Below are positions 10,080-21,100 of a stretch of DNA of 64,000 bases, piece by piece. The notes under the pieces are model-generated. The model did not search any database and was not told the origin of the DNA. It was given only the letters and a program-made list of their open reading frames with translations. Made by a program: the position numbers and the translations under genes. The stretch lies in the IMG/VR virus record IMGVR_UViG_3300021964_012561, positions 32,001 to 96,000 of that record; one strand, given 5' to 3'. The stretch comes from a virus. The number at the start of each line of letters is the position of its first letter. The first letter of the stretch is position 1.

Positions 10080-13000
10080 ATGCCAAAAATAGTTAAAGTT
10101 AGAAATTATAGCCCGCCTAATCTTTTAGATAAGTTTTTCGTCAATGACATTCTACCTGCGTCAGGAGATAATTTAAGGGGTTTGCGAGGCTATAATTACA
10201 ATGCAGGCAATGATCTAAGATTATGGGTAAGATTTAAATCCGATGCACCTGACGAATTAGTAGATTATGATTCAAATAAAATTCCATCCAATGCGTACCA
10301 AGGAACAGCTAACACGCCTGCAGTTTTAGATGATGTTCTTAACTCCAGAATGCATCAAATGATTGTAGGAGGAAGTACATCTGCCTATGCAAGAATAACA
10401 TTTCCAGGATTAGATGGCAACAATAATCCTATAACTTTTGGCGGAGGCTCTGGCGCAGACCCGGATAGACCTTTTAGCATTGGCTTTTGGTATAAATATA
10501 GGCCGGACAAAAACACACCCAGGACTTTATTTGATAAAGGTAAACCAGGAACTGGTTACGAATATCGTGCAGATTTATTGTATACAGGGGACTTAATTTT
10601 TCGAATTTACGGCAACGGATCAATAACTGATTATGAAGAAGTTAAAGTTGAAAATAGCAATGTTATCGATCAAGAATGGCATCACCTAGTATTTACGTAT
10701 GATGGGACTGGTGGTCCAGCCTCAAATGCAGGTATGGAAATATACATCGACGGTGTTCAGCAGACAGTAGTTAGAGATGACGGAGGTTCATATGCATATA
10801 TGGATGGCGTGTCAGAAAGATTACACATCGGATCACAGGCCAGTGGAGGCAATATAGCTGATGGTAGCATTGCTGAATTTGCAATATGGGGTAAAGAACT
10901 TTCAATTGAAGAGATTAAGGCAATCTATTATTCTTCTCTAGAGGACTCTGTCGTTAAATCTGGTTACATTAGCTTACCACCTAGAGTAAGATTAAGAGAT
11001 GCGGATAATCGCTCAGGTTGCTATCCTACTAAACATAGAATGGGTGATAAGGATCGAAGCGGAAAGCAAAATATATTTTATGAAGACCTTCCAATAAAAT
11101 TTGGTTCATGTATTAAAGATGATTTTGAAAGTGTCATAACAGATGATCTAGGAAATGCACCTCTAGGTTCAGGTATTAATCGCCAAAAGTTAGATGAAAA
11201 TAAATGGGCTTTATCACGTCATATGTCGATACGGACAGACAAATATCAAGCTTCTGACGGTAGTACTGTAGAAGACAAGTGCTTAGTTTTCGCCGGCAGA
11301 GGTACGATAGAAGTAGGAGAAAATGTAAGATTCTTAAAGGTAAAAAATAAAATTACAAATCCGATAAGCATTGATTTTGATGTAATTCAAGGCCCATATA
11401 GCTTAGGAAATTATCTTCAAGTTGGAGGTCTTGACTTAGGACATGTAGTTCCGTTTGGAAGCCCCTTTTCACCATCTGCAGATAATTTATATAACGGTTT
11501 AAGAATTCAAGCAAGTACACATCCAAATTTTGGCTCTAATCCGACCGTCGACGTTGCATTTATTGATTTGGAACCTGATCAAAGAAATTTTTATGGTCAT
11601 GAAGGAACTGAATTTCCTGTACCTCGCAGAAAAAGAATTAGTTTAGACATGACAAGTTTTAAAACTTTTGAAGATGGATTTTATCTTCGCATAGCTCAAA
11701 AAAATTTTAACTTTGCAATTGCAAATTTTGCAATTTCCAAAATTTCTATTAGTTATGCTGATCAAACAATTAATTATCCGTTACTTTTAGATTATAATGA
11801 TCGCGCAGGAAGTAAAATTTCTAATAAATACATTGCAAACCCACACCAGAGTGGATCTTTGACTGGAACAGGAAGGTCAGTCAGCGGTATATCAGATGTT
11901 GCAAATCCATTTCAAGAGTTTACTCAAGCAATCTCACCATTTAATGAAACGCTTGTAATAGAAAATGAAAATTTTGGCTTTTTTAATACCGGTCTAGATC
12001 CAAACATTTATCCTGGTTTTCAGTCCCCAGCTCGCAGTAAAACAAAATTTACGGTTAACTTAAGCCCGGAAACACCAACAACCTTTGGTCATATAGACGA
12101 ATTAGGTGTTTTAAATCAAAATATAACAACGGATACCTCCGGAGCCGGTCAAAAATTAATGGTCTACTGGAATCAAAATCTTAAACGATGGGAAAAAATC
12201 GGTCAACCTTTGCACCACAATAATCTTAGAAATCCAACATTGTCTGATTTAAACAATACTGGATCAACATTAATGTTATCTCAATCTTGCTTAGGTTTTG
12301 GCCCTAATTTAGCTTCTTTTGGGACAAGAGGTAGTAGTGGAGAGACTAACTTTTATGATCGAGGATTATTAAGGCTTAGCAATAAAAAAACATCATTATT
12401 TAATTTTCCTCATGGGCCTCAATATAACGCAACAGGTAGTCAATTTATAAAAGCAAGTGACTTAGGAATTACAAAACCCTTTCTTTTAGAAAAATGTTCA
12501 ATTGAATTTGAATCAAAATTTGAACAATTTAGTAGTAAAGCATCATCTAATGATTTTGATCAACATAAACCTTTTAGATTAGCCGTAGCACCTGAAAACA
12601 CAGCCGGCTCAGCAATTACAACATTTGGTGCAAACTTAGTGACGCCTACTTTTTTTATGCTAAGACAATTTAAAGATAACTATACAAAACAAGTTTTAAT
12701 TAAAAACAGTGGGTGGAACGCACAACGAGTCATATCCGGATCTAGTTTTTCTATTCCTGGCAACTATAAAACAGGACAAAATGGAGATTCTGAAATTTAT
12801 GTTAATACAAATAGAGAATTAATAACATTTGGCCAAATGGGATTATTTACAACATCAAGCGCGCAATCTGACACTGCTGATAGAGACGCTGACGACTCTA
12901 GAGAAGATGAAAACGGTAACGAAATTTTAATAAGTGATTTTATAGACGCAGGATTATCATATGATTTAAATGTTAATGAAACTTTACCTGATACAAATCC

Positions 13001-14417
13001 TAGGCAATTAACCGGTAGTTTTGTTATGAATTTTAATACAAAATATTCTACAAAAACCATCGACAGCGTTATTAATGTAACACAATTTAATTTTAATGAA
13101 TTTTTAGGCAGCGCTAATAGAAGCACTGTTGTCATGGATTTGCCAAATGAAGCTGTTAGATCAAACGATGATCTTAAGGTAAGTAGAGCAATTGTTAATA
13201 ATTTAAACAGTTTTAGCGGTGAGCTGTCTCAAGCATTGCCAGACTCAACAAACACTTCAAACCCCCAGGTTGTAAAAAGGCATGCACCCTTGAGAGATGT
13301 AGAAAAAATCTCTCCTTATTTAATTTTACCAAATGATAATTTAATTTTGGGCTGGCAGTATCCGCCAATGAAAGATCCAGTTAATCATTCTGTGGGCAAT
13401 GATAGCAATAATAAAGGTAAATTCTCTATGACCCTTTTTGGTAGGGCCAAATTACACCTTTATGGTTCACAGGTTGTAGAAAACAAAGAATTTCACGAAA
13501 CCGTGAATCAAAACTTAACATCTTGTGCTGTTTATGAACATGTTATTGGAGATGAAAAGATTGTTGATCAATGGCAAGTTGCGTATCGAGGAGAATTGAC
13601 AGGAAGTTATTCAAGGCAACATACATATGCTGAAGCCGGATATACTACTTTGCATAACAAAGGCCTCTCATACGAATGGTGGGATACACCTCAATACTCG
13701 GCACTTGTTAAACAAACAGACCCACCTGCTTTTCGAATAGGCGCAGGATCATATAGTAATTTGGATACTTTTGACGGCTTTAATGAATCTATACCCAGTA
13801 TACTTCAAGCATATATAGATGCTTTGCAAGAAGAGATTGGAAGAGAAGTTGTTCGTATCGCAGCACAACAATATAAATCATGTTATACATCGATAAATTT
13901 TAGAGATCAAGATCGATTATTTGCTGACAAGCCAGGAGCCGGCGGCACAAATGTAAATACCGGAAAAGAAGATATCGTCTACTATTATGATGATAGTACT
14001 TATGGTACAACACAAAAATTAGGCTTTGGTAATGTTAGCGGTTATTCTGATATCGACAGACCTAGACCGGTTTATAGTTTTAATCGTGATCATTTCGGGT
14101 ATTATGCTGACATGTACAAACAAGGGCTTGATGGAAAATTTGTTCCTAAGGCACGTCAAGGCTTTACAACAGGGTTTGATATAGCAATTAACTCCCAATC
14201 TCCTGTTAAGATAAAATTTGTAAGTGGTACTGTATCAGAAGGGCCAAATCTTAGACTGTATACAGAAAAAGATGTTGATCTTTATTTGGATGAAAAGTTT
14301 TTTCAAAGTTCAAATTTAAGCACAGCTGCTACGAGTTCAATTCCGTTTATTGATGACAATACGCCTAGAAACAGATCTTACATTGAAACTGAATTTATAG
14401 CAGTACCACTTTTTTAA
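10080..14417 (+). CDS. Large tail/baseplate protein with N-terminal LamG domain
   Basis: PFSIGFWY...QEWHHLVFTYDG...MEIYIDG...DGSIAEFAIWGKELS is a canonical LamG3-like motif; 1445 aa. Confidence 0.7.
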   Translation: MPKIVKVRNYSPPNLLDKFFVNDILPASGDNLRGLRGYNYNAGNDLRLWVRFKSDAPDELVDYDSNKIPSNAYQGTANTPAVLDDVLNSRMHQMIVGGSTSAYARITFPGLDGNNNPITFGGGSGADPDRPFSIGFWYKYRPDKNTPRTLFDKGKPGTGYEYRADLLYTGDLIFRIYGNGSITDYEEVKVENSNVIDQEWHHLVFTYDGTGGPASNAGMEIYIDGVQQTVVRDDGGSYAYMDGVSERLHIGSQASGGNIADGSIAEFAIWGKELSIEEIKAIYYSSLEDSVVKSGYISLPPRVRLRDADNRSGCYPTKHRMGDKDRSGKQNIFYEDLPIKFGSCIKDDFESVITDDLGNAPLGSGINRQKLDENKWALSRHMSIRTDKYQASDGSTVEDKCLVFAGRGTIEVGENVRFLKVKNKITNPISIDFDVIQGPYSLGNYLQVGGLDLGHVVPFGSPFSPSADNLYNGLRIQASTHPNFGSNPTVDVAFIDLEPDQRNFYGHEGTEFPVPRRKRISLDMTSFKTFEDGFYLRIAQKNFNFAIANFAISKISISYADQTINYPLLLDYNDRAGSKISNKYIANPHQSGSLTGTGRSVSGISDVANPFQEFTQAISPFNETLVIENENFGFFNTGLDPNIYPGFQSPARSKTKFTVNLSPETPTTFGHIDELGVLNQNITTDTSGAGQKLMVYWNQNLKRWEKIGQPLHHNNLRNPTLSDLNNTGSTLMLSQSCLGFGPNLASFGTRGSSGETNFYDRGLLRLSNKKTSLFNFPHGPQYNATGSQFIKASDLGITKPFLLEKCSIEFESKFEQFSSKASSNDFDQHKPFRLAVAPENTAGSAITTFGANLVTPTFFMLRQFKDNYTKQVLIKNSGWNAQRVISGSSFSIPGNYKTGQNGDSEIYVNTNRELITFGQMGLFTTSSAQSDTADRDADDSREDENGNEILISDFIDAGLSYDLNVNETLPDTNPRQLTGSFVMNFNTKYSTKTIDSVINVTQFNFNEFLGSANRSTVVMDLPNEAVRSNDDLKVSRAIVNNLNSFSGELSQALPDSTNTSNPQVVKRHAPLRDVEKISPYLILPNDNLILGWQYPPMKDPVNHSVGNDSNNKGKFSMTLFGRAKLHLYGSQVVENKEFHETVNQNLTSCAVYEHVIGDEKIVDQWQVAYRGELTGSYSRQHTYAEAGYTTLHNKGLSYEWWDTPQYSALVKQTDPPAFRIGAGSYSNLDTFDGFNESIPSILQAYIDALQEEIGREVVRIAAQQYKSCYTSINFRDQDRLFADKPGAGGTNVNTGKEDIVYYYDDSTYGTTQKLGFGNVSGYSDIDRPRPVYSFNRDHFGYYADMYKQGLDGKFVPKARQGFTTGFDIAINSQSPVKIKFVSGTVSEGPNLRLYTEKDVDLYLDEKFFQSSNLSTAATSSIPFIDDNTPRNRSYIETEFIAVPLF

Positions 14418-14448
14418 CGAATAATTTTAAACCAAGATAAATAATAAT

Positions 14449-15492
14449 ATGGCAGGAATACTAGACAAAAAAACAAGATTTATTGACCTTATTGTAACTC
14501 AAGAAGGAAAAAGACAAATCGCAGCAGGAAAGTTAAGGGCTGAGTATGCATCAATAACTGACATGCACGCTTTTTATAAAAAAGGTTATACATATTCAGA
14601 TGTTACTGATCGTATTTACTTTGAAGCAATGGAACGACCTGAGCATTCGATAGTAATGGAAAAAGATGATAGTGGCAAGCTGTTTACATTTGATCATTCC
14701 CCAACCGGTTCAATAATTGGTAATGCTATCTTTGAAAAAGAAACTCAAGTTGCAACTGACTTGCATAAAGTAAAAATAGCAACCGGTTCTCAATTTGCAT
14801 CTTTAAGTGCTGAAATAGAAAAAACTTTCTTAAGGCATTTTCAGAAAAACTACTTTATCTCGTCCATGGACACTATCGGAGATCAAACTTTTGAGTTAAG
14901 TGATTATTTTTTAGAATATAAAATTACAAATGCAGTCCCATTTGAAAATGGTCCAAACCCTGAAGTAATTAATGTTAATAATGCTGAACCTTTTATGCTT
15001 GACTCAAAATTAGCACACCTTCCTAATTTTGAGTTTTTACCACCTGTTAATGAAGATGGTTCTGCATATGGTCAATATACAGATATAAGAAACACAACCT
15101 TAGAGTCTTGGGACAACATTAAAGAAAGACTAGGAAGAAAAGCATTTACTAATTTTTCTCAAGACATTAATGACAATGTCGATGTTAAAGTTGATACTTT
15201 TGGAGATTTTCATAGAAAAATACAAATGACTGATGCTCCTCCTAGGGCAAAAAAAGAATTCAAAACAATTACGTTTAATAAGACATCTAGAGATAATAAT
15301 TTACTAATTCAAGTTTTTCAAAAAAACAAAAACCTACTTCAAAAACTTGACATTGTAGACGCAGGAATTTTTATTGATGAAAACGACACAAATAACTTAT
15401 TTGAAAAACATGTTTTTTATGTAGGTAAAATTTATTTAGATGATTTTAATACGCCTACGTTTATTAATTTATTTACAATTGTCTTTGATTAG
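14449..15492 (+). CDS. Structural protein, N-terminus paralogous to 24667..25350
   Basis: MAGILDKKTRFIDLIVTQEGKRQIA vs MGFLDHSTNNIIVDAVLTDIGRQSLA. Confidence 0.55.
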   Translation: MAGILDKKTRFIDLIVTQEGKRQIAAGKLRAEYASITDMHAFYKKGYTYSDVTDRIYFEAMERPEHSIVMEKDDSGKLFTFDHSPTGSIIGNAIFEKETQVATDLHKVKIATGSQFASLSAEIEKTFLRHFQKNYFISSMDTIGDQTFELSDYFLEYKITNAVPFENGPNPEVINVNNAEPFMLDSKLAHLPNFEFLPPVNEDGSAYGQYTDIRNTTLESWDNIKERLGRKAFTNFSQDINDNVDVKVDTFGDFHRKIQMTDAPPRAKKEFKTITFNKTSRDNNLLIQVFQKNKNLLQKLDIVDAGIFIDENDTNNLFEKHVFYVGKIYLDDFNTPTFINLFTIVFD

Positions 15493-15500
15493 GAAAACAA

Positions 15501-18164
15501 ATGAGAATTATTGAAGAGGCAAAGCCTGAAAGCAAAAAAATTTTTACTAACGTTAGGAATGTTCCACTTAAATCAAAATTGGTTAATATAACCACAGTTG
15601 ACAATGAAAAACTTTTTCATTATGATGTCTATTTAGAAATTAATAAAAGACAAGCTATACTGCAAAATTTAAAAAAAATTGAAATTAATCTCATAAGTGA
15701 CAAATCCAGCCTAAATAGGCAACGACCTAGTCTTTTTGACAATGTTGATACTAACAATACCAATGAGCTTAACTTGGTGGCAATTAATGCCGCAAGGATT
15801 AACTTCGACCAAGTTGCAAATATAAATTCAAATAATGAAATTTATAGTGTTGGTGAAATGTCTAGTGATGATGTATTTATAAACGAAAATCTAGGAAAGA
15901 TAACTTCTAACATGTTAACAAAACGGCCAGATAAAGAAACATTTGGATTTAAATCTAGGTTAGTCTTAAAGGAGCAACTAAATACAGGACGACCAAATTT
16001 AAAATTTAAAGATTACTTAACGCAACCTACAGTTAGTCAAAACAACGAAACAATTGAAAGAGATAAATTTAATTCAAACTATACAAGGTTTGTTAATAGC
16101 GGCATAGATCCAGCTACGATGTTGTCAAAGACTTTTGGAACAAATACAAATAGAGGTACATTAAGTAAATTTAGAGGAAGTTTTACTTCGTTTGTTTCTT
16201 CGCCAGCATCTGGAGTCAAGCAAAAGCTATATAGTTCGCTAACTAGCGGTATTGAGACAACAATCAATACAGAAGCTTCAAGTGTTGACTATGTATTAGA
16301 ATTAGAAACCCTTGCTAATATTGATGCGAAATTATCGCAGCGAATTGTATTGAGTGAAAGCTTGCTTCAAAACTATCCAACTGATGAAATTAGCATACTT
16401 TTTATTGCAAGGAATGATAAAAACGTCAAAATAGAATCAGGCACTGGCATAATAGAACACACCAAGGAAAAAGAAAAAATTAATTTTCCTAAGTTTGATT
16501 TTGAAGTTGAAGCAAATAGAACAACAACAGGTCAAAGTATACTTTCTATCAAAAACAACGAGTCATCACCTAGGCTATTTAATGTATATAGTAGACAACT
16601 TAATAATTACTTGCCTCAAGAATTAATACCGTTTGAAGAAAAAAGACTAGGTGTATTAGTTCAACCACGACAAAAAATTATTCTATTTAGAAAAGGAAAT
16701 TTTTTTAAGAAAAATCGTCCAGTCTTTTTTAGAGTCAACCCAGTCTTCGCAGAAAAAGAATACTCAAACTCTAAATTTGCCTCAATTACAACAGGAAGAA
16801 GATTAAGTAATTTAACATATGCCGGTATTTCTGCGATTATACAAAATGATCGAATTGCAATTCAGGTTAAAAATGTTTCTCAGGCAATAAAAAAAATAGA
16901 ACTGTATAGAAAAAATTTAACAAAAAAAGAAAGAAAATTTTTGCCCACACAATCAAAAGGTAGGTTAGGTAATAGTAATGAATTGTCTAGAAATAAGTTT
17001 AAATCTACTGCGTCTAACGATTTTAGCGCTATTTATAAATTTGTTGATGATGATGTTGAAGAATTTAATACTTATGAGTACAAAGCAGTTTTATATGATG
17101 AAAATGGTAATAAGTACATGTCATCATCAAGTGCAATCGAAAGATATTCAAAACCAACAGGTTATGTCAACATGACAGCTACGCAGTCTGGAACAGATAA
17201 TTCTTTTTCTGAATACAGGCAAATAACAATTAGCGGAAACGTTGAAAGAAAAGAAACAGATGCAGATAGGTTGTTTAAAGACTTATTTGGTAAATACTAT
17301 GACCTTTTCGAGGATGATCTTAAAGAAATCAAAGATTTGACTGGTATGTCTATTAATGTTTTGGTTGAAATGATTAACAGAGACAATTCTGAAATAACCA
17401 GATTAGGCGAATTATCAGTTGACAATGAAGGTAATTTTTCAAAAGAATTTTTAATTCCTAAAAAGCAATCATTAGCTATAAAGCTTATTCCTAGAGTTCT
17501 TCCTCCTGCTGATCTTCTTTCAAAATTAACAAAAAATTTAGAAAACTTGGCGCTAAAACAGCGCTTTGCACCTGTTAGCCCTAGCGCAAACGCTGCTTTT
17601 AAAACTAGATTACGCAATAGAAGCAGAGGTGCTGTGTCAGCTACTGGTGATAAATTTTCTTCTCGCATGTCTCGAACCAAAGGAAAAATAATTGATTCTA
17701 GAACAGATCTTAACAGAACAGATTTTGACTCATATTACGACGGAGACACTGGTGATGTTTTATATTTACTAATCGAGGGAGAATCTCCTTTTAATGTTAC
17801 AAATTTAGTCAATATTACGAACGCATCTATAGAATATTTAGAATTAAACAATGTTGATCAAGCAAATGACAACAATCAGAAAAGAGTTGGCATCAAAGAA
17901 GAATTTTATTTAGCAAATTTTAGTTTAAATAATGAAAGCGACAAATTAGATTTTTTACTAATGTCATTTGAAGAAAATGGAAATTTAAATTTCAGTGGTT
18001 TAGCATATGCGTCTAACAACACTTCACAAGTTAATTATGTTTACAAAACACCGTTACTTTACGGAAAAATTAGCTTTTTTGCTAGCCCAGTATTAAAAAA
18101 TGGTGAAACTTTGGCACCTATTTTAATTAAAACAATCTACAAAGATGATCAAGGAATCAAATGA
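15501..18164 (+). CDS. Hypothetical structural protein (possible Ig/FN3-like beta domains)
   Basis: 887 aa; 'KFVDDDVEEFNTYEYKAVL' is an FN3-like motif; ATGA overlap with the next gene. Confidence 0.5.
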   Translation: MRIIEEAKPESKKIFTNVRNVPLKSKLVNITTVDNEKLFHYDVYLEINKRQAILQNLKKIEINLISDKSSLNRQRPSLFDNVDTNNTNELNLVAINAARINFDQVANINSNNEIYSVGEMSSDDVFINENLGKITSNMLTKRPDKETFGFKSRLVLKEQLNTGRPNLKFKDYLTQPTVSQNNETIERDKFNSNYTRFVNSGIDPATMLSKTFGTNTNRGTLSKFRGSFTSFVSSPASGVKQKLYSSLTSGIETTINTEASSVDYVLELETLANIDAKLSQRIVLSESLLQNYPTDEISILFIARNDKNVKIESGTGIIEHTKEKEKINFPKFDFEVEANRTTTGQSILSIKNNESSPRLFNVYSRQLNNYLPQELIPFEEKRLGVLVQPRQKIILFRKGNFFKKNRPVFFRVNPVFAEKEYSNSKFASITTGRRLSNLTYAGISAIIQNDRIAIQVKNVSQAIKKIELYRKNLTKKERKFLPTQSKGRLGNSNELSRNKFKSTASNDFSAIYKFVDDDVEEFNTYEYKAVLYDENGNKYMSSSSAIERYSKPTGYVNMTATQSGTDNSFSEYRQITISGNVERKETDADRLFKDLFGKYYDLFEDDLKEIKDLTGMSINVLVEMINRDNSEITRLGELSVDNEGNFSKEFLIPKKQSLAIKLIPRVLPPADLLSKLTKNLENLALKQRFAPVSPSANAAFKTRLRNRSRGAVSATGDKFSSRMSRTKGKIIDSRTDLNRTDFDSYYDGDTGDVLYLLIEGESPFNVTNLVNITNASIEYLELNNVDQANDNNQKRVGIKEEFYLANFSLNNESDKLDFLLMSFEENGNLNFSGLAYASNNTSQVNYVYKTPLLYGKISFFASPVLKNGETLAPILIKTIYKDDQGIK

Positions 18165-21100
18165 GTTTTAAAAGCTTTAAATCACCTTTTACTGTATACA
18201 ACAATCCGCTGCCTGATCCGTCACCTTTAACAGATAGCCCAGGAAACAGCCCCATACTTGTTTCTCGACCTCTTATAGTATCAGCAATCGCATTAACAAC
18301 AGAAAAAATTTCATCTGTTATAACTGTTGTTCCTGGAAGTAATGCAACAATTGAAGCAACAAAACATAAAGATACTTCTTCTTTTCATCAAAAACTATTT
18401 AAAAAAGGCATTAATGTTTTAAGGCCTGAGGTTTTACTTTCAAATGAGTTTTCTCCTATCGCTACTGGACGTCGTGTCGAAGAAAATCAAAATTCAATAA
18501 GTGTACAATACGGTAACAATACGTTTGTTGAGGTAACAAATACTGCAAGGCTTCTTGAATTGCATCAAGTATTAAAAGAAAATGCAATTAAATCTTCTGA
18601 AGCTTTAATTAAAAGATACGGTAAAATTGCATATGGGATTGGAGATGTAATTGCAAAAATGAGGACAGCAATGTCAGCACACGCCGATGATATATATGAC
18701 CAAAGTGTTACCAAAATGAGGCAAAACATAATCGATAGGGTTGTTGAAAATTCAAACAATATTGTTCGAACACAAATAGATCAACTTTCTGCTGATGCAA
18801 TTACACTAATAACTGACTATATTATTAATGATTTTATAGCAAAGGAATTAATTAAGTATACCGGTCAAATTTTTGATCACAAAGAAGAAATTGAAAGAGC
18901 TATTGAATTAAATAGGCCTGGCGCTTCGAACGTTAATGCAATTGAAATGATGGAGCAAGTAGGTAATCTTAATCTTAAAAATTTAATCGGAAATAGAAGG
19001 CTTAAAGCGTCAGTCGACAAGTCGACTAATTTTGAAAATATGCTTGACATGATAGGACAATTAAAATCTTATATAAACCTCGAAGACACTATAGATGATT
19101 TAGACAATGCAGAAATAGACCGACAAGAAGGCTTTGTTTATGGAACAAAAAAAGGAAGGCTTCAAGAATCATGCCGAATCTTAAAACAAATTAATTTTCC
19201 TGGTTGTTTTGGGGTCAATCAAAGAAAACTTAAAAGTGTAGTCGGAAATGAAAACAGGATGATTGGAAGTAATGTTCAAAACGCTTTTAACGCAACAGGA
19301 TTAGGAAATGGAGAAGCTGCAGCTGAATTAATAGCTGCACTATGTTTTGATCAAGTAATGGGAGCAACAAAGCTTGTTAAATCTTTATTAGACATTGATA
19401 ACATATTAGAAGACGGAAGAAAATTTGAAACAATTGAAGAGCTTTTTTCGAAAACTTTATTTGATTTTGACACAATACCTTCGCACATGAAAAGGCATGA
19501 ATTTTATTTTAGAACGAGAAAACAAAAAGGTGGCTCAATTGTAAAACATTTATTTGAAGAAAAGCAATCACCTTATGACGAAAAAACATACATTCCTTAT
19601 GAGACAAACAATACGATATCTGAAAAACTGTATGAAGAAAATAATTATTTTCCAGGAGAAGAAATATATTTTACATCAGCACTTAAAAGCAATGACACTA
19701 GTTTTGAAGAGCTAGAAAATTTTATAACTAAATTTAAAACTAAATGGGAAGATTTTTCTACACACTTAATTAAATCAGTAGGTCTAGACTTCGATTTTAC
19801 CGGTAAAGCATCGTCCCCAGATTTAAATACAATTGACCAACTTAACCCTATGAGTTACTTAAATTACTATTTAAATCTTCTAGCTGATGATTTAGAAGCT
19901 ACTTACATGCATGAAAACGTTGAAAGAAGAAAAAAAGGATTAGTTAGTTTAGCTATGCTCTTAAATAATGCAAGTAGTTTAAGCAGAACTGTTTCAAGTT
20001 ATAAGTCAGTTCTAATGAGTACTTTACTTTCAACTTCTGGCGCAGAGCTTTGGCAATCTGCAGACGAACCGGTTTGGGCATTTAAAGAAGACCAAACATT
20101 ATCTGATAAGGGTGAAGGTCTAGTCGGAACACTATACACAGAGGCAGAGGCACAAACAGAAAAAAGTTTTGTAAAAATACTTGAAGGTTTAGATATTGAC
20201 GATTATCCTAAATCTACCCGGGAGCATCCAGACGGAAGAGGGAATTACAATATAACTTTAACAGCGTCGGGTCTAAACCCTGAAGAAGGTGGCATAGGAA
20301 CTTTAGTACCCGGTAGTAAAATTCTCTTAGGGGATACTAATAATTATGTAGCGGGAGAAGATGATAGCACTTTTAAAAGATACTCATATGGTCAAGATGG
20401 TCTACTCGGTGGCACTATAGATAATGAACTTATGTCTACTTTAAACCTTGTTGATCAAGAAGACTGGCAAGGACCTTTAGCCATATTAGGGTTCCTCTTG
20501 ATCGTTGGCGTATTTGCAATTCCAGGTGTAGGCCCGGCTGTCGCAGCTGGGCTGGCAAAAATAGGTTTAGGCGGCCTTACTGCTGGTTACGTATCATCCA
20601 CCTTTGCAATCGGCGCCAGCGGTGCTATTGTGACCGCCGGCGGCACTTATATAGCAACCGGCTTATCTATAGGTGGCATCGCCATCCTTGCCGGCGGCGG
20701 CGCCGCTGCAAGCTATGCAATCGCAACTGCAGTTACGGAAGCATCTTATGAAACAGCAAAACCAGTGGGTGTAACGTTAACAGGCTCTTCTAATTATACC
20801 TTAGGGACAATAACAAATCAACCCGTTCAAATCAATGTTGAAGACAAAGAAAACCTTCCTATGCCTAATATTATGCCAGAAACGGTGTCTCATTTTAATT
20901 CTTACTTTTTTAAAAATAGACCAAGCGCAAGTCGACCAACAGGATTTTTAGAAATTGAACACCCGGGAGAATTTGGCCATGTTAAAAATTTCAGTGCTGT
21001 GCATCGTTCTTTTTTGATGCATTATTTCGCTGTTAAATTATTACAAAATACACAGAGGCTAAAGGTTTATATAAATACAGAGAAAAAATTTAAAATATCA

